64,000 nucleotides of DNA from Isurus oxyrinchus (lineage: Eukaryota): NCBI GenBank assembly GCA_026770705.1, contig JANJGN010000034.1, forward strand, positions 3,968,001-4,032,000, read 5' to 3'. Under the pieces are notes generated by a model that saw nothing but the letters and a program-made list of their open reading frames with translations, was not told the DNA's origin and did no database searches. The translations under genes were made by a program, and so were the position numbers. Positions 1 through 11,009 of the stretch are shown here, one piece after another. How positions within the stretch are numbered: the first letter of the stretch is position 1; the number at the start of each line of letters is the position of its first letter.

Positions 1-159
1 GTGTTTATTTGTGGGCGCTCCGCAGCTCCAGACTGTTACCCGGATTTGTGGTGCGACATCCAGCAACGTAGGCTAACCTTAAATATCATTACTAGGCTCT
101 CCTCGACGCCCAACTGCCTCCCGCAGCTGCACTCATACTACAAGCTCGGTAGTGATGAT

Positions 160-650
160 GAAATTTATTGAAAGAGGGAGAGAATATAAAAGTAAGGATA
201 TCCTGAGTCAAACAGCGTTGTATAAAGCGTTCGTGTTTATGTATCAGGAAGAATTTGCTTGCATTCGGAACAATTCACGGGACTTTCGTTAGGCTGATTT
301 CTGGGCTAAAGGGGTTGTCTTTTGAGGAATGCGTGAGAAGGTTGGGCCTCTACTCATTAGAGTTTTGGAGATTGAGAGGTGATCTTTTGAAAGAGGAAAT
401 ATTCCGAGGGACGTTACAAGGTAGGCACTTAGAGAATATTTTCCTCATGAGGGAATCCGCATCAAGTGTGAATGGTGTAAAGCATGAAGGCGCTTATTTT
501 TTTTAAAACTGGTATGGAGAAATCTGTGCTATCCAAGGTCAATTTGTCTTTGTGGTTCTAATTCCGGGAGAATAGTGGATGCGGGGCCAATGTATATACT
601 CAAGGTTTAATCGAGAGGCTGTTTATCACCAAAGGAACCCTGCGGGAACT
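160..650 (+). mobile_element. CR1 LINE 3' fragment (ORF2 C-terminus)
   Basis: GLKGLSFEECVRRLGLYSLEFWRLRGDL is the typical CR1 ORF2 tail motif. Confidence 0.85.
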
Positions 651-1620
651 TGGAAAGATGGCACTCATTTCAGAGAGGATATTTTTGAATATCGCTCTAA
701 TTTTTGTTGATTTGATTAACGAAATCAGGCTTATATTCAAGTAGGATAAAGTTAGAGCCAAAAGAGAGTTACCCCCGCCCTCATTGGCAAAAACACACGC
801 ACGGCATTTGCGTTGGCTTAAATTTTCCCTGGGATTGCTTATCTTGAGCAATGTTGTATTCATGCCAACAATAGCCGCACTCACTTAGCCACTTGAGTTC
901 ATCGATTTTGTACATTTTTTTGAAAAAGGCCATAATGAAATTAGAAGGTGTCTGGCCCTCATGGAACCTAATCTATGAAGCGTTAAGTTGCTTATCGTCT
1001 GTCAGTGTCTTTGCTAACCCTACAGAAGAAACCTTCTGTCACTTTGCAGTTAATCCACAATAGAAAATATGCGTGACATTTTGCCATTCAGAAATTAGGT
1101 GATAAGTTGAAACATGATTGTTTTACCTGCTCTTGCTCCAAGGATCCAGTCGTCTGCAAGGATGCAAGTGTGTAGATCAGTCGAAGCAAAGACGAAACAG
1201 ACAATAAAATGCAACTGAACTCCACTTCAATAATTCTGAACCCGCAATCACATTTTGTGAAAATTTAAAACTAATTCCACCGTTGTTCACTTGAAATCAG
1301 TAGGGCCCCCCGTTTGAAATAAACATACATTGATTCATCAAAATACCTAATACTTTATAAATCTGTTATTGCAATGAAACTGAGAACTCCCGTTTGAAAT
1401 TAAATGTAGGAAAACTGCATTAAAGAGATGGAACCATAATTTCTGACTGGTAGAACGATTATACCATGGATTTTAACAATTCTTCCTTGCGTGAAAAGTG
1501 GCGCTGAGAAATGCAACATTTGCTGCCTGTCGCTAACTCTGATTCAGAAGACAGTGATGATTCAAATTATTTAATCTCTGCATTCTTGTCTGCGTTAGCT
1601 GCGCCGTAAAAATGGAAATT
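650..1620 (-). pseudogene. Decayed viral gene, possibly UL17-like (capsid vertex component 1)
   Basis: Stop-poor minus frames (e.g. ORF 600-884). It lies antisense and immediately upstream of UL15 exon 2, the position of UL17. The assignment is mostly by synteny. Confidence 0.3.
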
Positions 1621-1659
1621 TCACGTTTACCTTTCTGCAGCACTGGATTTACTTCCAAG

Positions 1660-2285
1660 TCACTATATGGTGCCGTTTGAAGTAGAGTTTGCTTGCCATG
1701 ATATCCCTATGCATCTGTTGTCCTTCCATATTTAGAAGGATGTGGATTAGGAAGGTGTTTGCGCCGGTGTCATGGCGAGATGCTGCAGTCAGTGTTGCAG
1801 ATGACGAGCCTTGCTGTCACGTCTGGTTGGGTCATGCTGATAATGATTATTTATGTTGCTGGATTCAGCAGGCTGTTTTAACGTGAACAGTGTATTTTTT
1901 CTTGGAAGTTTTTTGAAGCTCCACTCACCCAGTGAAGTCTATTTTAGCACAAACCTAATTTTGTCACTTGTATGTTGGGAGCATTTTTGGAGGCAGGATG
2001 TAAGTAACTCGCCACAGATGTCTCAACAGATACCCTGGTATTCTTTGCACAGTATATTATGAGTGGTGCAGTAAATATTCTGGTTTTATTTTTTGGAAAG
2101 CCAAACTATGCCGATAGTTGGAGATTCAGCAATTGTATTGTCTTCGAATGTCAAGGTTAGATGGTTAGCACCTCCTTTGTTGACATGCTCATTTAATGAA
2201 ACATGTGTGATACAATATCATAGTTGCAAATATCAGCCCAATCAGCAATCTCAGGCGGCAAACTAGGTCATCTGCATGAGAATTT
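1660..2285 (-). mobile_element. Shark L2/CR1-group LINE 3' fragment
   Basis: Resembles the better-preserved copies at 19685-21030 and 22625-25650. Confidence 0.6.
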
Positions 2286-2289
2286 GGAT

Positions 2290-3190
2290 TAGTTCAGAAA
2301 CTGAGGAGCCCAGAGAGTTAATGGATTAAAGTGCCAAGATAACTGCATATTCCCAGTTCTGATATATGATGGAAAGTAGTCTTTTCCCCAAAGGATCTTA
2401 TTGAGCAATGTGCTGGAACGATGTGCTCCTACAATCAAGACTTTGATTCTAGGTGTTTCCCAACTGAATGTAAAGCTTGGTTTCATTTTGAATTAATGGC
2501 AAACGTTCTCACTCTTAACAGATCTCTAGATTTGAGATATTGCATATTTTCCCGAAGGCAACTTTGCGTTCTGTATTCGAGTGTCACTGGTGTGACAGAA
2601 ACTAAAAATCAGTGAAATGATTACCACTGAAATGAAGCTGCTTGATAGTGCTTTCACTCATGACATCTATCGATTTGCTGATAATTCAGAAGAGACTCAA
2701 TGGGATGGTAATTGGCCGCAATGGATCTCACCTGCTTTCATGGACAGGTCATACATGGGCGTCTTTCTGCAAGATCAGATGTAGTTGAGGGCCGTGTTTT
2801 TTCAAGAACAAATTTCGCATTGGGGGGCCGGTTTCAGGAGCATAAATATTCCACATGGCAGCAGCGATGTTGCAAGAGCCTACAAGACTTGCTGCATTTT
2901 GTGCCATGAGCCGTTTCATGATGTAACATGGAGTAAGATTTATTGGCTAAGTCTAACGCTTGTTATACAGAAGACCAATTTGCTGAAAATTTGTTACCTT
3001 GAATTTTACAGTATCATGCCTGGCTTTCCACGCATTTAACTTAGGAACACATCTGGTGTCTGTAATCCTGATTACTTGTTTAAACCCACTGATAATTATA
3101 TGTGGCACGTCTGCAGATCTGTGGTTTCCTTCCCCTGTCTGACGCCATGCTGCTTCTCCATTTAGCCTGCATGGACTCCAGCACTTTTGT
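2290..3190 (+). pseudogene. UL15: Herpesvirus terminase ATPase/nuclease subunit, exon 2 relic
   Basis: Motifs in order. LLDSAFTHDIYR..WISPAF (2722-2739; cf. LTKSAGERFLLYR..YVDPAF); GSSDVAR..ILCHEPFHDV (cf. ADIAR..LALHPGAFRGV); LVIQKTNLLKICYLEFYS (QKT 2968-2976; cf. LNKQKTPAFEHFIKKFNS, same spacing); NPDYL (cf. DPVEYL); SDAML (cf. SDDLM). Confidence 0.82.
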
Positions 3191-3214
3191 TCTAATAGCT
3201 TTACAACGTTTATA

Positions 3215-5520
3215 CCTTAGTTCAATAAATGCACATTGTGCAACACCATGAATCACAATAAATCCCTTGTAATGATGGTAATGGTAAAGTAGAATTACGT
3301 ACACTAGACCCCCCTTAACCCATAAGTTCCATACAGCTCTGCAGCTTTTGTTGTCCCACAGTTCCACTTGGAAGCCCATTTTGACGTTCTACGCTTCTTC
3401 TGAGCCTATGCCATTTAGCATCGTGGTGCTGCGAGAGCACATGATGGGTTGCATTGCCAATGTGAAAGTGGAGCTAATTTTGGCTCCATGTATTGCAGTG
3501 GTCACGCCCACCAATTCTGCCAGGGAAAGACATGTCCACGGTTTGTAGATTGTTGAAGTAGGGCTAAAATATTTTTGCCCCTGTGTGGTGCTTGAATTAT
3601 TCCTCCAGCTCCCCCAAACCCATCCCCCCCCCCCCGCCCCACCCGCCCCCTGCCTGCGTGCTCCGCTGTGGTCTCAGGCTTCTTGGTCCACTGTTGTTCA
3701 TCGGTACTGAATTTAATCAAATTCAATATCAGATCTAATGTGTAACAGCTAATACATATACAACACTCGTTCTCCGTTTTCTCGGTTGACTAATGTCAGC
3801 CAAAGTGCGTATTTGGTGCGATATCTCAAACATAATAAGAAAATATCTACTTCAATAGGGGGGAACTTAAACTAATCAATAGGTTATTCAGCCCACATCA
3901 TTTCACGTTCCGTTACCACTAGAAGAAAGTTGTAATTAACATCTATAAAGTGGTTAATGCATCTGATCGCATCAATTTCTAGCAGGCAACAGTTGGTTCA
4001 CTTATCCTTATATAGAACTGATTATCTGACCAGGAGTATAATGGGCCAATAATGTGCTCGCCTCTCTTCTATCCCTTTCCATTTCTCATTTCATTTGTTT
4101 AAATTAAGGGTGTGATTCAATCTTTTGAGGTGAAATAAGTAGGTTAATTCATGAAGCCAAATTCATTGTTTGTTTTCCAACTGCATGTCCAAATGCAAGC
4201 ATTGAATCATACAAATAAAAATGTGCAGAAATAAACATTTCAGCCCTTCATGTCTGCGCCAGCCAAAAAGAGAAAATAAAAAAAAAAAAACAACTAACAG
4301 CTTATTTTACGCTGTTTTCAGCACCTGACCTGTAGCCTTGCAGGATACAACACTTCAGGTTTAGATCCAGATAAATTTCGAATGGGTTGAGCGTTTCAGC
4401 CTCACCTGTCAGATTACACAGTGAATTCTAGATGCCCACATTCCTCTGGGTGAAATGATTTGTTTTAACTCATGTCCTCTCTAATCCTTCTACCAATCAG
4501 CCTATTTCTTTCGGCCTTTTCAATTGATCTCTCAGCTAGGGGAACCATGCCTTTCCTGTCTACCCTACCTAAGCCGCTAATAACTTTGCACACCTCAATT
4601 AGGAAACCCTTTAGCGTCCTCTGTTCTACAGAAAGTAATTCAAGCCTGTCCAATCGCTCCTCATGCCTGAAGTTTTCAGGACCTGCCAACATGATTGTAA
4701 TTCGCCAGTTCACAATCCCCAGAGCATTTATGCCCTTCATGTAATATGGTCAATCCCAGAACTGCGCAAAAATTCCAGTTGTTGCCTAAACAGCGTTTTA
4801 TACAGTTCGAACATTATGATCCACCATTCAATTGCTCGCCCAATAAGGGAAAGCATTCCAGATGTTTCATTTCTTGACCACTGGCTCGGCCGCCTTCAGG
4901 GAGCAGTGGGCATACATTCCAAATTCAATCACTTATACATCCTTGTCAAGAAACTCCCATCCTTTGGTTTTGCACGTGTTTACTTTGCACTACCCAAAGC
5001 ATTGCCTTCCATTTTACCGAATGAATTATATTTGCAACGATAATTATGGTTAAGAAGGGGGTAAGAAGGGTCTCGTTTTGATTGTTCTGATTTCTGATGT
5101 CAATAACACTGGACTGTTTGGCTGTAACAATTTCCGGTGCTGGACTGGTGTTACTTTTTCACCGGGAACAAAGTGCAAGTCGTTCACTTTTCTATTCAAA
5201 AAAGAAGTTACATCTGTCTAAAGTTTAATAGATTGCTTATCCCTGAGCCTGAGATACATGCTGAGAATTACAAGTTTTAAAATCTTATACACTAAGTTGA
5301 GTACATCTTCCTAATATACAATTGTGATTCGAGCATAGGAGGAAAGATTATTAGAATTTCTATCAAGATAAAGCTTCTGAGTGATTGAAGTTCCGATTGA
5401 GATGCGCTCTGAAGCGGGAAAGTTTGGCAGGAAGCCAACTGTATGATCAGATAATAGGTCTGCAAACAATATGTCCCTGAAGCACAAAGGCAATAAATAT
5501 GCCAGGATTCATAGGTAAAA
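3215..5520 (-). pseudogene. UL18: Capsid triplex subunit 2 relic, split by CR1 (4205-5030)
   Basis: Minus frame 5520-5045 is nearly open: LLPLCFRD..TVGFLP (cf. IVFLP) and LHFVPGEKVTP (cf. FDLxNGDxVxxxP). It converges on UL15 exon 2 as in herpesviruses. Confidence 0.55.
4205..5030 (-). mobile_element. CR1 LINE 3' fragment
   Basis: ERLDRLELLSVEQRTLKGFLIEVCKVISGLGRVDR matches the CR1 ORF2 tail. Confidence 0.85.
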
Positions 5521-5599
5521 CATACCGGACAGGAAAAATAAATAAACAAATGTAGAAACTTGGGAACTAAGAAACAGTTTGCACTTTGTCCAGGAGTGC

Positions 5600-5910
5600 T
5601 CATTTTAAATGGAACATCATATTAGCAGACATGTTAAAATATTAATTTAGTATGGAACCTTTGTTTCTTTTAAAAGTTAAATGTAAAGTGCTGATCGGTT
5701 TGTTAAAACATAACCTGTCCAATGTAAGTATCCTTTTAGTTAGTGTATGTTTCAGTTTGGCTCTAAAAAATTCTCACAATGTGAAATCTTGACGGGTCTA
5801 CGAGGATTAAAACGAAACAAACATGTTGCCGTGAATGTTATGAGGATGCTGTAATTCAATTTCTTGCTTACCTGTATTGTCAGAAGTTCTGCTCATTTTA
5901 TTGAAATCTA
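5600..5910 (-). pseudogene. UL19: Extreme C-terminus of the major capsid protein, detached from the rest of the gene
   Basis: RTSDNTG..HNIHGNMLF..SHCENFL..LLI/YDVPFK resembles QSDPAR..SYGDLLY..SPCFKFF..YLIYDASPLK. It sits directly upstream of UL18, as UL19 does. Confidence 0.5.
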
Positions 5911-5959
5911 AAAAAAATATATAGAATAGAAATGAAATCTTTTTCTGACCTGTGACGAA

Positions 5960-6260
5960 ACCTGGTAAATCTAAGAATGGAAAATGGTGCTCGGGACATT
6001 GGGAAACGAAGGCATGGCATTATTTGTCAAAATACTGATGTGGAATTACATTCAAGTTGTTTCAAGCCAAGGGGTTCAGGCAGAAAATTGTTTCCTGGAA
6101 GGCGTGTTTTGATGCAGATCTTAATGCAGAGAGCAACATGTTAGATAATTTGCAATGGCAATGAAAATTGCAACTGAAAGGCTTGCCATGAGAGCAGTGA
6201 AATAACTCAGACTTTTTCTTTTCACCTTTCGGTCATTATACATTGTTTAGAATAATAAAA
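5960..6260 (+). pseudogene. Decayed viral gene end, possibly UL31-like C-terminus
   Basis: Stop-poor frame MVLGTLGNEGMALFVKILMWNYIQVVSS. It would adjoin UL32 if the inferred inversion is undone. Motif support is weak. Confidence 0.25.
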
Positions 6261-7394
6261 AATGATGTTGACTGTTTTTTCTTATTCTTGTGATAAAATA
6301 TCAGGAAGGACCAGTCACACAGGCAGCATTCCTTTATGTACTCACTATGCCCTATTGAATATATTATGAGCAGTGGGCAGGAACAAAGATGCAAGACTCG
6401 ATCGCAGGCGTTGGACATTGGCCATTAGAACGCATTGTTGATTAAATCACTGGGAATACCGTTATAATTCAAGAAATTGTTCATCCGAAATCAAGCTGGC
6501 ATTTCTGCTACTTGTGGAATTTAGGAATATATTTACCTGCCGATTTTTCAGAAAGTTTACAGTTATTAGGTTTGTGTATCCTTCTATAGTAAATATAACT
6601 GCATTCACTAAACGGGCTACAGGGGGAACATAAGGAAGTGTACCCGGAATGAGTAAGAAATAGACCATCTGATATGTAACCAGCAAAAAACTGCAGACAT
6701 GGGTGAGGAAAATAAAAATGCAAATCTTACTTTTTAACAGATATACGACCTGATAGTGCATCTGGGTTGGAAAGTTTCCAGCAAATTCGGCAAGATAATG
6801 TGTTTCCGTCATGCTCGCAAAGTCTTGCAGTAATAGTAATTGGTCTCAGGTAGCCAGGATTTACTGAGTTATGTGCAAAATCGACTTACCCGGGACAATA
6901 TACGTAAATAACGTAAACACTTTTGGTGATTTACCTTGCTCTAAACAATTTATTTCTGCTTCTGAGGTGCAGTTGGGAAAGATTGTGGATCATTTGATGA
7001 TGTTAACTTTTATTTGTCTGGCAGCTTTATACAAAGGAAACACTGCAAATCTACGTGCGAGCGGCAACTGTACACTTTTTGCCAAATCGGATATAAAGAA
7101 ATACATAAGGAAAGAAATCAGGAATGCTGAACAAATATTTCGTCAAGAGGTGTATTTTATTCTGCCTGCTGCACGAGAAAATAAATTTAGAGAGAAGCAG
7201 ACACCTAGAAAAGGACTCCAGACGGCTGGTTTTCTTAAATGGGTCATAACATCCAACTGATGGATCGATTAAATTCAGATAGGCAGGGAAATTTTCATTA
7301 ACTTTTTAAGTTCTCCACTGGTTGGAGTCAGACCGCGCACAAAGGAAGGTGGATGTGAATGTTGAAGGTTAGGAAAAGCAGTGATAATGCCATA

Positions 7395-8215
7395 AGTCAT
7401 AGGACTGTAAGTAGAATATTCGGCCCATCGTAACTGCTCAACTATTCAATGAGATTTTGACTGACCTGATAATCTTCAATTGCACTTTTACTGCCGTTTC
7501 CCCAATTATCGTTGATTCCCTTATTCATTAACAATCTCTCGATCTTGGGCTTGAATATATTTAAAAACCACGCCTCTACAGCCCTCTGTGGTAAAATAAT
7601 TCCACAGATTCACAACTCTCTGATCGAAGAGATTCGTCCTGATATCTGTCATAAATGTTTGACCCCTTCCCAGAGTTTATAGCAACTGGTCCATGAGGCT
7701 GCCACAAGGGGAAACAAACTCTCAGCATCTACCCTGTCAAGCCTCCTAAGAATCATAAGTTTCAAAAATGTCGCCCCTAAATCTTCTAAACTCCAATCAG
7801 TACAATTTCAAACTATTCAACCTCTCCTCATAGGAATATCCCTTCATACCCGGGATCAACCAAGTAAACCTTCTTCTGACTGCTTCCAATGCCAAGAAAT
7901 CTTTCCTCATTTGGGGGGGGGGGGGGGGGGGGCAAAACTGTTCACAGTATGTTGGTTATGGTCTAACCAGTGCTTAAAGGTTTAAACAAGACTTATCATT
8001 TTTAAGCACAATTCCCTTTGAATTAAATGCCAACGTTCCATTTGCCATCCCCATTACCTGTTGAACCTCTTTGCTACTTTTTTTTTGTGTTTGATGCACG
8101 AAGACCCCAAATTCTCTGAGCGGTGCAGCTTCCTGCAGTATTTCTCCATTTAAATAATATTCAGATTCTCTATTCTCTATTCTTTCGGACAAAGTTCAGA
8201 ACCTAACATTTTCAC
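7395..8215 (-). mobile_element. CR1 LINE 3' fragment
   Basis: EYYLNGEILQEAAPLREFGVFVH..VQQVMGMANGTLAF is CR1 ORF2-like; shark CR1 3' tail near 7400. Confidence 0.85.
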
Positions 8216-9150
8216 CCCACAAACATTGTTGCAAGAGTTTCCGATTGTGGTGCCCTAGCCACATCATCGTAAACTGCTTCACCACTGACATTATTTCCAC
8301 CAGATGGTCAGAAATGGAGGTGATTGTTGATATTTGCAGGATGTTCAACAGCATTCGTGTCTACTCCAATACTAAATTAGTCAATTTGCGGCGAGACCTA
8401 ACCAATATTAAGGCCTCGGCTGATATGCACCATACAAGTGTGCGGCTATGGCTATACCCAACCAGAGATATTCAAATGAAATCCCATTAGCTGAATACTG
8501 ACTGTCAACAGCCTGGTGGTTACCATTGACCAGAAACTGAACGAGGCCAGTGACGTGAAAACAGTGCATAGAAGAGACAGCCAGAATGTGGCAATTCAGT
8601 GCAGAACAATTAAACTTTTATCTACCCCAATGTCTGTCTGGCACGTGTAAGTCTTAATTCAGGTGTGTGATGGAATATCCCCCATTTCCTATAGTTAGTG
8701 CAGCTCTAACAACAGACACGACGTTCGACAGCATAGAGACAAGGCAACCCATTGCTTGGCACTCCATTGAAGACAATAAACATCAACTCTCTGTACTACC
8801 AACGCATGGTGGCAACAATGTTCCATCTAAAAGAAGCACTGGAGCAACTCATAAAAGCTTCTTTCATAAAAGCATGTCAACCAACTACAAGGGCAGCAGG
8901 TTCAAGCGAAATACTACCAGAGGCATTTTCCCCTCCAAGTCGCACATCTTCAAGACTTGGAATTCATTATATCATTCATATATATTTCATTATATCAATG
9001 TTATTGATGCCCCTTCCTAACTGGGTGGCGGCTGTTCCTAACAAACCTAGACTGCAGTGGTTAATGAAGGCAGCTCACTATTACTTTCTCAGAGGTTAAA
9101 GTACAGCTGATTCCAATATTAGGCAGAGGCTAGGACATGCAAGGATGCCA
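8215..9150 (+). mobile_element. Shark L2/CR1-group LINE 3' fragment (RT C-terminus plus tail)
   Basis: DICRMFNSIR..RDLTNIKASAD; same family as 22625-25650. Confidence 0.7.
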
Positions 9151-9469
9151 AAACCTGAATAAGGATCCTACAACTCATGGACGAAATGCGGTGCAGTAAT
9201 AAAAGATGGAGGTCGTTGAAAATGCTACTTTGATTTATTGTAACAGAAGTTGAGCTTTGCATGAGCAAAGGTTCTGTCATAATTTAATCATCCTTTATTA
9301 AATGGTTTGAATGTAAATAGAGCAGGATATAGCATAACATTATAAATGGGCATGCATAATTGAATGTTTTGCCTCACATTTATCTTCGTGCTATTATCCA
9401 ATGATGAAAATCTGAAACGAGGAATCCAAAATCTTCAGCTGCTTTGGTAAACACTTTCAGTCAGCTGGG

Positions 9470-10900
9470 ATTTCAGACCATGATTACTTCTTGCAGATAC
9501 CAACGATTTCAATTACCCACATTACCCCATTTCCCCTACACCCTAAGAATAGTTTAAGTTTGGGAAGGCAGACAGTGTAAGTGGGGCACTGACATTTCCA
9601 GCCAGCTGCATCATTCCACGAGATTATGTGTAACCTTTAATTAAACTGCTCGCTTTACCCATTGCAGTCTGATGGCCTGGATTGTATGATGGCGACAGAG
9701 ATGGCAACACTCATTGTAACGTTCACCTTCATTTCCCGCTGGGCCCCAAAGAATTTGTGTGCAGTGCATATGTTAATTAATTCCCAGGCTGATTTAATAC
9801 TCTGATACAAAGTCTTACATTCTTCCATCCACCCCTACCGCCCCCCCACCCCCCACAAACAAAGAATCTGACAAACAACTTGGTAAAAGAAAGGTGGGCT
9901 TCATGAGATTTCCTAATGCAGAAATTTATGCCAGGCTTTTCTCCCTGTTAATCTGCGGTGTAGGCCAAAGATAAACAGGCAGCTGGGCCTGGAAGATCAA
10001 AACACATCCCCCCAAATCCCAAGCAAATATCTGGCAACTGTACTTAGCTTTTCAACACCTGTCCCGACAATGCTGAATCCTTCATTCCCAAAACTGCGTC
10101 CACATCACTGACAAAACTAACCTCCATTAGAGAAGTTTCTCAACCCTACCCTCCTTCATAAAATGATCTCCTCTCGTGCACACGCGATATGCTAATCTTA
10201 CAAATGTGGAATGACCTTGATGGACCATGAAAAATCGACTACTTTAGAAGTGGGAAGGAAAAAGAAAGCCATGTGGTAACGGGACAGGGACCATAATATA
10301 GACCTCTAAATATTAACAGAGCAATAATAGAGCACCTATTCATGGAAATCAAAGATGTGCCAAAGAACAACAGAATATTTTTATTGGGGATTTACAGGAA
10401 AATTGACAGACACAATCCGTGAATAGAGCGTAAGGAGTTACAGTAATATCTCAGATCATTTAGCAGAATTTCATTCATTATGTACAGGCCGTTCTCGGCT
10501 CAACTGGAAAGGAAGCAGTGCGGGATTGGTCCTGGAAAACTTGGAGTCGTAGGCCAATAGCTGATTAAAATGGTCGCAAGCTGATGGCAGCTTTCCTACC
10601 TGGAAGTTGGAGAGATTCGCACTTTCTGGTCCACCATCGGTGCACACAGACAATACAATAATTGCCACAAATTAATTGTAAGGCTGGCTTCCAGACCGCC
10701 AAATCACCGAAAGCATGTGGGTGAGGGTGATGTCCAGTCCAGGAATCTGCTCGTGCTTGTAGCATGGCAATGGCTAGCATTTTCATGGGCGTCGCTCAAA
10801 CTTGAAAGTGTTAGGTAACCCAGCAGATAATCAATCGAGTGCATCTGATAGGTACAATGAAGGTCTGTGCACCATTAAGCCTGGCATGTAAATTAATTTA
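9470..10900 (-). mobile_element. Decayed PIF/Harbinger-like transposon
   Basis: PALQLICGNYCIVCVH resembles the Harbinger transposase motif SLNVQLVCD..HVCA; heavily decayed. Confidence 0.35.
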
Positions 10901-11009
10901 AATTATAACTAAAATGAAATTACAGTGGATGCTGGAAAACTGAAAAAAGGCAGTTAATGCTGTCAAATGTCAGGATGTGTGGCGGCATCTGTGGACAGGG
11001 AAGGTGATG

